Shown: positions 13,180-24,652, counted from the first letter of the stretch. The stretch is DNA of 57,018 nt from Chiloscyllium plagiosum (GCF_004010195.1 NC_057753.1:8972806-9029823); one strand, 5' to 3'. Notes: generated from the letters alone by a model not told the origin. A program made the numbers and translations.

Positions 13180-13370
13180 CCGCATTTCCACAATGGCCGG
13201 CTCTGATTGGCAGGGGGACCAGACTCCTTCCGGTCCTCCAAGGTTCTCCATTGCTCCATAGAAAGGAGCTCGCGCGCTTTTCTGCGGACACCCGAGAGTA
13301 TGCGCAGTGCTTTGCTGACACTGGCGGTCATGCTCAGTGCTTGCTGACACCGCGGAGCATGCTCAGTGTG
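13180..13370 (-). promoter_or_regulatory. Putative Pol II promoter or first-exon block (paralog of 34981-35150)
   Basis: Locally CpG-rich; minus-strand GCCAATCAGAGC CCAAT box; GCGCAT/GCATGC NRF1-like repeats. Confidence 0.4.
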
Positions 13371-13392
13371 CAGGAATTTGTTACAAATTTTC

Positions 13393-13628
13393 AAGTTAAA
13401 AATCACAAAGCACCTAGTGATAGTCCAACAGACTTATTTGGAAGCACTAGCTTTCGGAGCCCTGCTCCTTCATCAGTTGATTGTAGAGTATAATATCGTA
13501 AGACACAGAATTTATGATCTTACGATCTTATATTCCACAACCACCTGATGAAGGAGCAGCGCTCCGAAAGCTAGTGCTTCCAAACAAGCCGATTGGACTG
13601 TAAGCTGGTGTTGTGTGATTTTTAACTT
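13393..13628. mobile_element. Short PLE-derived element with ~100-bp terminal inverted repeats, each carrying a hammerhead motif
   Basis: AAGTTAAAAATCAC...GTGATTTTTAACTT; hammerhead at 13445-13479 (-) and 13542-13576 (+). Confidence 0.8.
13542..13576 (+). ncRNA. Minimal type I hammerhead ribozyme motif
   Basis: CAC CTGATGA A GGAGC AGC GCTCC GAAA GC TA GTG: perfect 5-bp stem II, AGCT palindrome, CUA site, CAC/GTG stem I. Confidence 0.75.
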
Positions 13629-13911
13629 CGTACACCTTAGTCCAACATGGGCACCTCCCGATCATGACAAACATTAAGCGTCCAAATGCGAATACAAGAG
13701 AAAAATGCCGAAGCTATTTTATTTTGCCGATTTTTTCCCTGTGCCTCCACATTTTACTTCTTTTGCATTTTGTCTGGCTGCTCAACGCTTCTGCCTTTTC
13801 CCCAGGGTAGAGGTATTCCAAAACTAGATGGTAAAGGTTTAGGGTGTGTGGGAAAGATTTTAAAAGATCTAAAAGACTACGAATAGAACATTCACCCCTT
13901 ACTGGGCGAAA

Positions 13912-14030
13912 GTGAGGACTGCAGATTCTGGAGATTAGGGTCGAGAGTGTGGAGCTGGAAAAGTACAGCAGGTCAGGCAGCATCCGAGGAGCAGGAGAAT
14001 CGACGTTTTGGCAAAACCCTTCGTCAGGAA
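13912..14030 (-). mobile_element. PLE-derived short terminal-repeat element with degenerate hammerhead
   Basis: GTGAGGACTGCAGAT..GGAAAAG.ACAGCAGGTCAGGCAGCATCCGAGGAGCAGGAGAATCGACGTTT on +; same family at 12745-12860, 14738-14850, 24695-24805, 25474-25595, 26640-26760, 33475-33642, 41445-41560, 42890-43011, 56766-56890. Confidence 0.7.
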
Positions 14031-14889
14031 ATAACCATGGGGAACTGCAGGGCTGCAGCGTAATCGAGTGAGTCCAAGTGGGATGCTGTTGGGAAGGTCG
14101 GTGTGAATGGCCTGTAGGGATGATATGGTTCCACTGCCTTGGCCACGCGTAGTTTGAGAAATGTGGGAGGAATGGGTTCCAGTTCGTGGGACATTGACAC
14201 CTGTCCTGGAGAAGGTGGCATTTGTGCTGTCTCTCTCTTCACATTCTGCCCCCCTGTCCATTTTCTCCCCACCCACTGCCCACTGCCCATTCTCTCTCCT
14301 CACACTGCACCCTCTATTCTCTCCTCAACCCTCTGAACCCCAGTCTGTTCTCCTGTCCATTTCCCTCCCTTCTCCACCACCACCAGCGACCCCCTCACCG
14401 CGCCCCCGCCCCCCACCATTGTCCTTTCTCGTGCCTCAGCCCTCTTTGGTCGCTGTATGAAGTCTTTCTCAGGGGAGAGAGAGAATGGATGGTGATGACT
14501 TTATCTGGGAAACACAGCATGTGAGAAATAGCTGATTTTTAAAATTGAGAATAACTAAAACCATATATTCAGAAACTTCGTTAAAGTCGGGAAGAATGTT
14601 ATTTTTTTCAAACAAAAAACTGCAGAAATCTTTCTGAAACTTGCATTGATGTATGTGCAGTTAGGCCACAACAAAGGACAGGCTGTAAGGAGTGAATGAG
14701 TGAATAAAAGACAAGTCCAACCTTGCCCTCGAGGAGAAAGTGAAAAATGCAGATGCTGGAGATCAGAGTCGAGAGTGTGGTGTTGGAAAAGCACAGGAGG
14801 TCCAGCAGCATCCAAGGAGCAGGAGAATCGACGTTTCGTGCATAGGCACTTGGCACTCGATCATCGCTTCTTCAATCCCCCTGTGATGG

Positions 14890-15549
14890 CGCGTGAACTC
14901 AGTGGTGCCTCCGCAGGTGGGAGGAACAGGTGATTCCCTTCCGGCACTTACTGCAGGTGAATGGCCTCTCTCCAGGGTGGAGCCGCTGGTGGGTCAGCAG
15001 TGCAGCTGACTGAGTGAAACCCCTCCCGCACATGGGGCACGTGAATGGCTTCTCCCTTGGGGACTCTTTTGTGCGTCTGCAGATGGCTGATCCGACTGAA
15101 GCCCTTCCTACACACTGAGCAGATGAATGGCCTCTCCCGGTGTGAATGCGTCTGTGGGTTTCCAGCAGGGATGGGGAAAGGAATCCATTCCCACAGACCC
15201 CACATTTCCAAGGTTTCCCCTTTGGAGGGAGCTTTCCTTGTGTTGCTCTGGGATTGAAATTACAAACAGAACGGGTACATAGCCTTTCCCACCTTGAGGG
15301 GTGAGACTTTGATTCCTCCAAGCTGAGTAAATGGTTTGAAGCACTTTTCACAGTCAGCGCACTGAATCTCCCTCACTCGGTGTCTCAGTATTCTTCCTGC
15401 CACAGGACTGTCCAAAATCTCTCAAACAAACAAAAGCAAACATGCCTTCTTGATTGGAATGGCTGCTGATATTCAAGTCCCAATCAATCAAGTGGCTCTG
15501 TCAGAAGTTGATGTATCATTTGCTGTAAGATTTCTTCCTGCACGTCTTC
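14890..15549 (-). pseudogene. C2H2 zinc-finger exon (about 4 fingers), frameshifted, with premature stop
   Basis: KPWKCGVCGNGF...[24 protein letters not shown] in another frame; [28 protein letters not shown]; acceptor AG at 15550-15551. Confidence 0.85.
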
Positions 15550-16338
15550 CTACAAAGAAAAATCACAAAATAAGTGATCACTGTCAGTACAGTTAATGAA
15601 CATAACATAGGTGGCAATTCCTGTAGATTGCGAGATGTCTGCTGATCACATTTTATCCAGGCCACAGAAACCTGAAAACCCTCATGTAGCCAGATAACCT
15701 TAACTGTGCATGGAGGAAAACTTCATTTCAGTGACAATAACATGGAACAAACTGCCTACAAAGATGCTGGAAATGGAGCTGAACCAAGGATATGAAAATG
15801 AAATGTTAAGGCTGCTTGAGAAAAGAAAGGCAGTAAAATTGCTGAATGACTTCCTGCTGACCTATTAAATAAAAAATTATGACATTAGAAGCTGAATAAT
15901 AATTTATTTTTACAGAAACTTTTACAACAGCCAACAATATCAGATATACACCATATAGAAAGAACAAAGAAAGTTTGCAGCCCAGGAACAGGCCCTTCAA
16001 GCCTGAGCAGATCCAAATGTACTGTCGAAACCTGTCGGTCAATTCCTCAGCATCTGTATCTCTCTACTCCCCACCCACTCATGCATTTATCCAGACGCAT
16101 CTTGAATGAATCGACCGTGCCTGCCTCTCCCACCTCTGCTGACAACGCGTTCCAAACGCCCACCACCCTCTGTGTGAAGTAAAACGCGTTTTCGCTTTGA
16201 AAAAGTGCTGCCCTTGCCGCGTTCATTGTAACGGGAGCTCTGCCCCATCCCTCATTCAGGCAGTCGGATCTCGCTCAAAGAAGCTGCTTTTTGAGAATAT
16301 TGACTGGCCGTTTTTGCACAAGGCAGTGTAAGAAACAA

Positions 16339-16420
16339 GGGCTCGTCGGGGATTTGAACCCGGTATCTCTCGCATGCCCACGCACCCGAAGGAAGAATCA
16401 TACCCCTAGACCAACGAGCC
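16339..16420 (-). tRNA. tRNA-Pro(CGG) with 10-nt intron-like insertion at 37/38 (16375-16384); probable pseudogene
   Basis: GGCTCGTTGGTCTAGGGGTATGATTCTTCCTTCGGG [TGCGTGGGCA] TGCGAGAGATACCGGGTTCAAATCCCCGACGAGCCC; one mismatch each in the anticodon stem and T stem. Confidence 0.85.
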
Positions 16421-17019
16421 ACAGGCCATAGGCCCCAGGCGGCCTACATTTTTTGAGCAATGTGCCAATCCCTTAAATGCTGTTCAGTTCCTTGAGAATC
16501 TAACCTTTTCGTTGTGAACATGAGGAAAGGAGCAATCCTTTTCTCGGGTGCAAGCTGTATACGTGCCAAACTGAGGAAAATAGCTTTAAGAGAGATAGAA
16601 AGTATTTGAGCACCTTTGGAGTGTCTGCTCCCTCCCTGGATTCACTCCACTTGCGACAAGTCAACAATGTTTCACCCACCCCTACATCCCCTTCTCCCTC
16701 GCTGCTGGAGGATGTTATATGGAAAGGGGGAGACATTGCTTGGCTCCCAGCTGTTGCCCAGAGGGAGGGAGATTCACTCTGAAACTGACAGGGCTGCATC
16801 CGCATTGTGACGTCAACAATGGAGGGCGGGCCGGGCAGGTGCCCTGCAGTTGAGGCACGTGTGGAGGGGAGGGCACTTTGCAAATCCCACTCTCCTCAAG
16901 TCAATGCAGTTTGAGTTCAAGCAAAGCAAGGGGTTTAAATATACTTTAGAAAACCTCCTTTGTGCCGTGGGAAAACTCCGGCCGCGGGAAATGCAGTATT
17001 ACAGATTCATAGTAACCTT

Positions 17020-17280
17020 CCTACCCTCCAACCTCCAACCCTGGCAACATCCTTGTAAATCTTTTCTGCACCTTTTCTAGTTTCACAACATCTTACCGAT
17101 AGGAAGCAGACCAAAATTACATGCAATATTCCAAACGTGGCCTGACCACTGTTCTGTACAGTGGCAACATGAGCTCCCAACATCTATCCTCGATGCTCTG
17201 ACCAACAAAGGAAAGCACACCAAACGCCTTCTTTACTATCCAATCTGCCTGCGTCTCTACTTTTAAGGAACTATCAACCT
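17020..17280 (-). mobile_element. CR1 LINE fragment
   Basis: Near-identical to 45368-45630 and overlaps the sequence at 1-158. Confidence 0.75.
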
Positions 17281-17944
17281 GATTCTCTTCATCTGGGACA
17301 CTTGGGGCTCAGATGTTAACTGCTGCGCGGTTGCAGCAAAGAAAGCGATGCCCACTTTGCAATAGACTTTCCGTAAGATTGCTGGGTGAAGACGATTTCT
17401 GAACACCAAGAAGACTGCACAACCATGTGAATTTACCTGAGCGAAGAGTCCTCGGTGTGGATTTCTTTCTGTCCTGCCAGCACAGCATCTTTCTATCTCT
17501 CCGATAACAGACCCTTGGAGAAAGTTCACAATCAAAGTTGTTCATGTTCCCCGCATTAATGTAACTGACACCTCTCACCCCAAGGGTTTCAGAGAGAGAC
17601 AGAGAGAGAGAGCAGAAGATCGAATGGACTCTACCCGCCCCCACCCTACACCCCGTCCCACCCCGCAGAACAACGTGCAAGTAGAAATGAAATGGTTTAA
17701 TTATCCACCAGTGGGGGTAGTCCAGTTCCTGGGGATGAGACAAATATCAGCGCCCCGGGGACAGAATGACAAGCAGATGTTCTGGAAACGCTTTGCTGCT
17801 TGCAATTCTTGCAGCAACGTGGTATGTACTTCATACTGAGCAAGTTTCAGCTGGCTCAGTGTCTCCGATGTACATTGCTGTGTTTGCCGCCAGCTCAGAG
17901 TGAGAACAATAGGAAGGACGTGGGAGTGCATAACGATCCGCGTG

Positions 17945-18345
17945 AGAGGGCGAATAACTGTTAATGAAGACTGTTGGCGGCTAACAATACGTAGTGTGTC
18001 ATAGCAGACGAGGTGATAACAAGGAGTCGTTTGTGTGGTAGGGGGTCAAGGGCATGGGGGAGTTCAGGCCCTAAAGTTATGGAACTCGATATTGAAGACC
18101 GGAGGGCTGTAAGGTCTCCAAGTGGAAAATGAGGTGTTGTTCTTTCATCTGGAGCTAGAACACAGCTGCAAGCCTGAGACAGAGATGTTGGCCAGGGAAC
18201 AGGGTGATGTGTTAAAGTGGCAGGCAACCGCAAGGTCAGGGCCTTTTTTCTGCGGGCAGAACTGGGATGTTCTGCGAAGCAGTCACCCAGTTTATGCTTC
18301 ATGCCTCATTGGGGAAACGACACTGTGAGCAGCGAATGCAGTGGA
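17945..18345 (-). mobile_element. PLE GIY-YIG and 3' fragment
   Basis: KHKLGDCFAEHPSSARRKK; inverted paralog of 54190-54610. Confidence 0.7.
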
Positions 18346-18497
18346 ATGAAACAGCAGCAGGGAGACTGGATAAGAAGCATCTGTTCGGGAAACTCTTTGC
18401 CGCTTGCAATTCTTACAGCAATCTCAAATGTATTTTATACTGAGCAAGTCTCAGGTCGCTCAAGAGGCATGGGGAGTTGAGTGAGTGTTTGCTGTCT

Positions 18498-18587
18498 GGC
18501 TTGTTGGTCTCGGCGTATGATTCTCGCTTCGGGTCTTTTCCTGCACCGACTTGCGAGAGGTCCCGTGTTCAAATCCCACATGCGCCC
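18498..18587 (+). tRNA. tRNA-Pro(CGG) pseudogene with 18-nt intron at 37/38 (18534-18551)
   Basis: GGCTTGTTGGTCTCGGCGTATGATTCTCGCTTCGGG [TCTTTTCCTGCACCGACT] TGCGAGAGGTCCCGTGTTCAAATCCCACATGCGCCC; anticodon stem perfect; T stem and acceptor stem damaged. Confidence 0.85.
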
Positions 18588-19042
18588 GCCTATCTTAACT
18601 TGACGTGTACAAAATGCGTGGTTAATTTTCTCAAAAACCACTTTCGTGAAACGAGGTTCGGCTCCCTGGTATACGAATGGGACAGAGATCAGGGAAGTGA
18701 AATGGTTGGAGATAGCGTTGAACAAGTTGACGTGAGTGGTGCGGTGTTTGAGGATTGTCAGCAATGAAGGCAGATTGGAAAATTGGGACAGCTCTCCTCG
18801 GAGGACCGAAGTTTTCCAAGTCATGAGGGACCGAGAAACAGGAAATAATGTTGTGAAAATGCTCCCACACTTGAAAGGATCCACAACGATACGGCAGAGT
18901 TTTCAAGTCACGCGGAAAAGAATTAAATGTGACACGAGGAAGAACGTTTTCGTACAGGGAGTGGTTAGGGTCAGTATGTCCCTGTCTGATATTGACAAAG
19001 AGGAAGGAATTCGGTTTTCGTGTTCGACGTAACAATGTGCAG

Positions 19043-19245
19043 ACTTGCCAGGTTTGGAGGATTTGAGCTACAGGGAGAGGCTGAACAGGCTGGGGCTGTT
19101 TTCCCTGGAGCGTCGGAGGCTGAGGGGTGACCTTATAGAAGTTTACAAAATTTTGAGGGGTGTGGATAGGGTAAATAGGCAAAGTCATGGACAGGTTGGA
19201 CCGAAGGGTCTGTTTCCATGCTGTACATCTCTTATGAGTCTATGT
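19043..19245 (+). mobile_element. CR1 LINE 3' end
   Basis: PGLEDLSYRERLNRLGLFSLERRRLRGDLIEVYKILRG is the CR1 ORF2 C-terminal signature. Confidence 0.85.
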
Positions 19246-20432
19246 CTCTCATCCAAGAGAATGATACGAATGGAGACACTCGTTTACTTCCTATGTGGAA
19301 CCAACAGAGCAAAGGTTCCATGGCTTCCATCTGCGCTGTGATACATGTTGTGATTCAGAGTGAAATCACAGTTCGACCAACAGAAAATGGGAATTTCGAC
19401 AAAGTTTATATTTACACAGCCTCCACACGTGCGCGCAACAGCATATGACACGTGCGCGCAACAACATCTTTGACATCATTCCCGAACATGCATGCCACGC
19501 ACCAGAGGAAAAGCTGAATTCTTCTCTGGATGTGCTTTGGTGCCTTGTCGTAACGTGATGCAGCGGGAGAGTGCTGGGACATAATCCAGCAGTTGATGGA
19601 GCATAACCATCCCCTGCAATTCGCTTAATGTCACCTTTCGCAACTTTCCCGTACGACGGTGCTCTGCTCTTTCCCTTGCCTTTCCCTTACCTTGCTTCCC
19701 AAAACTTCGGGTATCTGAACTAAATATGTCATTTCGATACACGAGTCAAATTTACACAGTTGCGGTGGCACGCTTGTGGAGCTGTGAGTTGTCTTGTCCT
19801 GGTCTCTGTCGGTGTGTTCTGATCTCAAGTGTGAAACCTCTGCTCTGAGATGGCAATGAACTGAAGTTGAAAGACGTGACTTGCTGTTTATGTCTACTTC
19901 CCGCAGTAAAGAAACTAACGCCCGTGTAATAAAAGACTTCCTGCAGGATTGCTGTGTCAAGACAAATTCTGAACACCAAGCAGGCTGCACAAAAATGTAC
20001 TCATACCAATTTACCTGAGGGAAGAGTCTCCGGTGTCCATTTCTCTCTGTCCCGACAGCACAGCGTCTTTCTATCTCTCCGTTAACAGGACCTTTGACAC
20101 AAGTTCAAAGTTGCCCATTTCTTACGCATTACTGTAACTGACGTCTCCTACCCCAAGTGATAGTGAGAGAGAGAGAGCAGAAGAGCGAATGGACTCTGTC
20201 TTCCACCAGCACAACTTGCAAGTAGAAACAAAATGTTTCAATTATCCACCAGTGGAGAGAGCCCGGTCCCTGGGGACGGGACAAACAGCAGCGTCCTGGG
20301 AGCAGGGAGACAGATTGAGAAGCAGATGTTCTTGAAACTCTTTGCTGCTTGCAATTCTGGGAGCAGTGTACAATGCATTCCGCACTGAGCAAGTTTCAGC
20401 TGTTTCAGGAGTTCACTGCACCCTTGGCAGGT

Positions 20433-20524
20433 TGTTCATTGTTCTCGGGGAATGATTCCACCTTTGGGTCTTCTAGCATAAGCAGACGTGGGAGAGTTAC
20501 CGGGTATCAATCCCAGACGAGCCT
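20433..20524 (+). tRNA. tRNA-Pro(TGG) pseudogene with 20-nt intron at 37/38 (20469-20488)
   Basis: TGTTCATTGTTCTCGGGGAATGATTCCACCTTTGGG [TCTTCTAGCATAAGCAGACG] TGGGAGAGTTACCGGGTATCAATCCCAGACGAGCCT; inverted paralog of 50229-50319. Confidence 0.75.
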
Positions 20525-20527
20525 TCA

Positions 20528-20533
20528 TTTTTT
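20528..20533 (+). terminator. Pol III oligo-T terminator
   Basis: T6 three nt after the tRNA-Pro 3' end. Confidence 0.5.
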
Positions 20534-21259
20534 CAATTGACTTGATCAATTTTCTCGAAAAGCCGGTTCATTAAATGGGATCGGACTGTCTGGATTAGTG
20601 ATGGAGCAGAGCTACCATTGCAGCGAACAGGTGAAGGGAAACACTCGCTCAGAATGACAGCAAGTATTGCAGATTGTTCGACCGCGCAGTCCGACTCTGA
20701 ATGAATCCTCCAGCTGCATTTTTGCTCAATTCTGAGGGTGACACTTCAGGAAGCGGGAAAGTGAAGTGATTGCAGACAGCGCTGAACAGGTTGAAGTGAA
20801 TGATACCGTGTACGAGGAATGTCAGCAATGAAGGGAGATTGGAAAGTTGGAACAGTTCTCTTTGGAGAACTGAGGGCTGAAACCTGGCCTAATTGAAGTT
20901 TTCCATGTCATGGGGGGTGCAGACAGAGGAAATAATGCAGTGAAAATGCTCCCAGGCCCGAAAGGATCGAGAACGATTTGGCAGAGATTTAAAGTCATCA
21001 GGAAAAGATTATGTGGTAAAAGCTGTGCTGTCACCAACTGAACGAAGCGGCAGTTTGCGTTTTATTTCTCACATCGGGGGAGCTGAGCATTTACCCAAGC
21101 AATAGGCACACCACCTCTCTGACACAGGGTTCACAAATCAAACTGACAGCAAAGCTTCACGCATGTGATCGAAAGTTTCCAGAAAGAAGACTTGACTCAG
21201 CAGATACCCGGAATGAGCGCACGCTTTTCTTGATTGGGATTAGGCGAAGTTGACTTCAG

Positions 21260-21331
21260 AGAGCCTGATACGATTTGAACGCGCAACCTTCGGATCAGGA
21301 GTCAAACGTGCTTACGTTGCGCCACAAGCTC
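21260..21331 (-). tRNA. tRNA-Trp-derived pseudogene, anticodon CCT
   Basis: GAGCTTGTGGCGCAACGTAAGCACGTTTGA CTCCTGA TCCGAAGGTTGCGCGTTCAAATCGTATCAGGCTCT; D, anticodon and T stems mismatched. Confidence 0.8.
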
Positions 21332-21499
21332 ACAAGGCCCCATGCTTTTCTATTCACAGTGAAGGGAAGCGATCGCACTACAATGATTTTACGTTATGAG
21401 TAACAACGGAGATCAACAGTTCATGTCTGTTCTGTCTCTCCCCCCTCTCCTTGTGTCTCTCGAAACAATTTCCAACTCTACCTCAACAAAAAGCTGAAA

Positions 21500-22480
21500 G
21501 AACTGCGGACGCTGTTTATCAGAAACAAGAAAAACAGGAGTTGCCGGTGACTCTTCCACAGAACTGATAGTGATTGGGAAAATGTCGGTTAATATGCGAA
21601 AAATATTGTGGGAGGAAGGCGGATGCAGTAAATGATAGATCAGGACAGAGCCCAAAGCGAGGGAAGAACTGTTGGACAGGAAAGGGAGTTGATAACAATC
21701 TGCGTGGGAGGGTGAATAACTGTTATTGGGGACTATTCGTGTCTAAGAAAGGCAGTGTGTAATCACAGACTATGTGATAACAAGGTGAAAACAATGACTG
21801 CAGATGCTGGAAACCTGTATTCCTGATGAAGGGCTATTGCCTGAAACGATGATTTTACTGCTCCTTGGATGCTGCCTGAACTGCTGTGCTTTTCCAGCAC
21901 CACTAATCCAGTATGTGATAACAAGGCTTGGTGTGTGTGGTAGGGACGAGGATATTGTGGAGTTCAGGCCCTAGAATTATTGAATTCGATATTGGGACCG
22001 GAGGGATGTATGGTCCCCAAGTGTAATATTCGGTGCTCTTCGTTCTACTGGTGCTGAGTTTCGCTGGAACACGACAGCAAACCTGAGACAGAGATGTTGG
22101 CCAGGAAACAGGGTGGGGTATGGAATTGGCAGGCAATTGGAAATTCAGGGTCTTTTTTGCAGGCAGAACGTAGATGTTCTGTGCAGCAGTCACCCAGTTT
22201 ATGCTTCGGTTTCCCCAATGGAGATGAGACCACATTGTGAGCAGCAAATGCAGTAGACTGGGTTGTGGGAAGTGCAGGTAAAGTGCTGCTTCACCTGGAA
22301 GATAAGTTTGGGCCCTTGGATTGTGAGGAGGGAGCAGATAAATGGGCTGGTGTCACACATTCGGCAGTTGCAGGGGAAAGTGCCGTTGGACTATTGGGGT
22401 AGGAATGGGGGTAGGGTTGATGGGAGTGAAGGAAAAGTGGACCCAAGGTATAACTCCTGCCCATTTACCTATCTGCCAAA
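21500..22480 (-). mobile_element. PLE GIY-YIG and 3' fragment (paralog of 1860-2680)
   Basis: ORF 22045-22233 KLGDCCTEHLRSACKKDPEFPIACQFH. Confidence 0.75.
21786..21911 (+). mobile_element. 126-bp PLE-derived insertion with hammerhead-like motif and 15-bp flanking duplication
   Basis: TATGTGATAACAAGG at 21771-21785 and 21912-21926; internal CCTGATGAAGGGCTATTGCCTGAAAC; absent from paralogs at ~2410 and ~47970. Confidence 0.8.
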
Positions 22481-22484
22481 TAGA

Positions 22485-23818
22485 GGAATTTGTTAAGTGT
22501 GTATAAGGACATTTTCTAATTCACAATGTGGATGTATATACTAGAGATGGTGCAACACCTAAGAGCCAACAACCACAATTTTATGAACATTAGAATAGTG
22601 ATTGAAAATAATATATCAGATCTAAAAGTTGAAGTTCTAAATTGCAGGAAGGTTCAGGTAATAGGCAACATCTTTCAAAAGCTGATGGGAGCAGATGGGA
22701 GCAGGTTAAAGGACTGCTGGAAAATGGGAAGCCTTCAGATATGAGATAACAAGAGTCCAGATACAGTATATTCCTGTTAGGGTGAAAAGAAAGGCTGGTA
22801 GGTTGGGGAATGCTGGATGACTAGAGAAAATGAGATTTTGGTTAAGAAAAACAAGGAAGCATATGTCAGGTATAGACAGAGGGATCGAGTGAATCCTTAG
22901 AGTATAAAGGCAATACGAGCATACTTAAGAGAGAAGTCATGAGGGCAAAAAGGGGACATGAGATAGCTTTGGCAAATAGAATTCAGGAGAATCCAAAGGG
23001 TTTTTATAAATACATTAAGGACAAAGGGGTAGCAAGGGAGAGAATAGGGCCCCTCAAAGATCAGCAAGGCGGATTATGTGTGGAGCTGCAGTAGATGGAG
23101 GAGATGCTGAACGAATATTTTGCGTCAGTTTTTACTATGGAGAAGGGCATGGAAGATATAGACTGTGTGGAAATAGATGGTGACATGTTTGAAAATGTCC
23201 ACATTACAGAGGAGGAGGTGAAGGATGTCTTGAAATGCATAATTAGGTGTACCCTAGAACTCTGTGGAAAGCTACGGAAAGCATTGTTGGGCCTCTTGCT
23301 GAGATATTTGTATCATAGATAGTCACAGGTGAGGTGCCGGAGGACTGGAGGGTAGCTAACGTGATGCCACTATTTAAGAAAGTGGTAAGGAAAAGCCAGG
23401 GAATGAAAGACCAGTAAGCTTAACATCCGCGGTAGACTAGTTGTTGGAGAGAATCTGGGAGATAAGATTTACGTGCATTTGGAAAAGAAAGAATTGGTTA
23501 GCGATAGTCAACATGGCTTTGTGCGTGGGAAATCATGTCTCACGAACTTGATTGAGTTTTCTGAAGAAGGAGTTTGATTCAGATAAATGCGAGGTGCTGC
23601 ATTTTGGGAAAGCAAATCTTAACAGGACCTATACACTTAATGGTAAGGTCCGAGGGAGAGTTGCTGAACAGAGACCTTGGAGTGCAGGTTCATAGCTCCT
23701 TGAAAGTGGAGTCACAGGTAGATAGGAAAATGAAGAAGGCGTTTGGTATGCTTTCGTTTATTGGTCAGAGTATTGATTACAGGAGTTGGGCAGTCATGTT
23801 GCGAAGGTACAGGACAGT
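22485..23818 (+). mobile_element. CR1 LINE ORF2 fragment with internal deletions
   Basis: EMLNEYFASVFT; DLGVQVHSSLKVESQVDR..KKAFGMLSFI; inverted paralog of 46130-47400. Confidence 0.85.
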
Positions 23819-24016
23819 TTTTTTCCATGTTATTGTCGCCGAAATGAAGTTTTCCTCCATACACACTTAAGGCTATCTGGCTACATGAAAGTTTTCAGGT
23901 TTCTGTGTGCTTCGTAATATGTGATCAGCAGGCACCTGGCAATCTACAGGAATTGCCACATTTGTTATGTTCATTTAGCTGTACTGACAGTGATCACTTA
24001 TTTTTTTTTTTTGCAG

Positions 24017-24652
24017 GAATATGTGCAGAAAGAAATCTGAAAGCAAATGATGTATCAACTTCTGACAGAGCCACTTGATTCATTGGGGCTTGAATATCAG
24101 CAGCCATTCAAATCAAGAAGGCATTTTTTCCTTTGTTTGCTTGAAATATTTTGGACACTGGTGCGGCTGGAAGAATACTGAGACACCGAGTGAGGGAGAT
24201 TCAGTGCGCTGACTGTGGAAAGTGCTTCACACCATTTACTCAGCTTGGAGGAATCAAAGTCTCATCCCGTTCTGATTGTAATTTCAAACCCAGACCAACA
24301 CAAGGAAAGCTCTCCCAATGGGGAAACTGTGGAAATGTGGGGACTGAGGTAAAGGATTCCCTTTCCCATCCGTGCTGGAAACCAACAGACGCATTCACAC
24401 CGGGAGAGGTCATTCCCCTGCTCGGTGTGCAGGAAGGGCTTCAGTCCGATCAGCCATCTGGAGACGCACGAGTGAGTCCCCAAGGGAGAGAAGCCATTCA
24501 CGTGCCCCATGTACGGGAGGGGGTTTCACTCAGTCAGCTGCACTGCTGACGCACCAGCGGGTCCACCCTGGAGAGAGGCCGTTCACCTGCTATCAATGCC
24601 GGGAGGGATTCACCTGCTCCTCCCACCTGGGGAGGCACCAGTGCGTTCACGC
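24017..24652 (+). pseudogene. C2H2 zinc-finger exon, frameshifted
   Basis: [33 protein letters not shown]; poly-T GCAG acceptor ending at 24016; inverted paralog of 14890-15549. Confidence 0.85.

Noticed and set aside
13393..13628. DNA-transposon MITE
   Set aside because: The arms also occur singly (46978-47115) and around a PLE RT fragment (33909-34948), pointing to PLE terminal repeats
19425..19463. Tandem ACACGTGCGCGCAACA x2 as a CRISPR-like or regulatory array
   Set aside because: Only two units with a 23-bp period, i.e. simple local duplication; no repeat-spacer arrays were seen in this eukaryotic sequence
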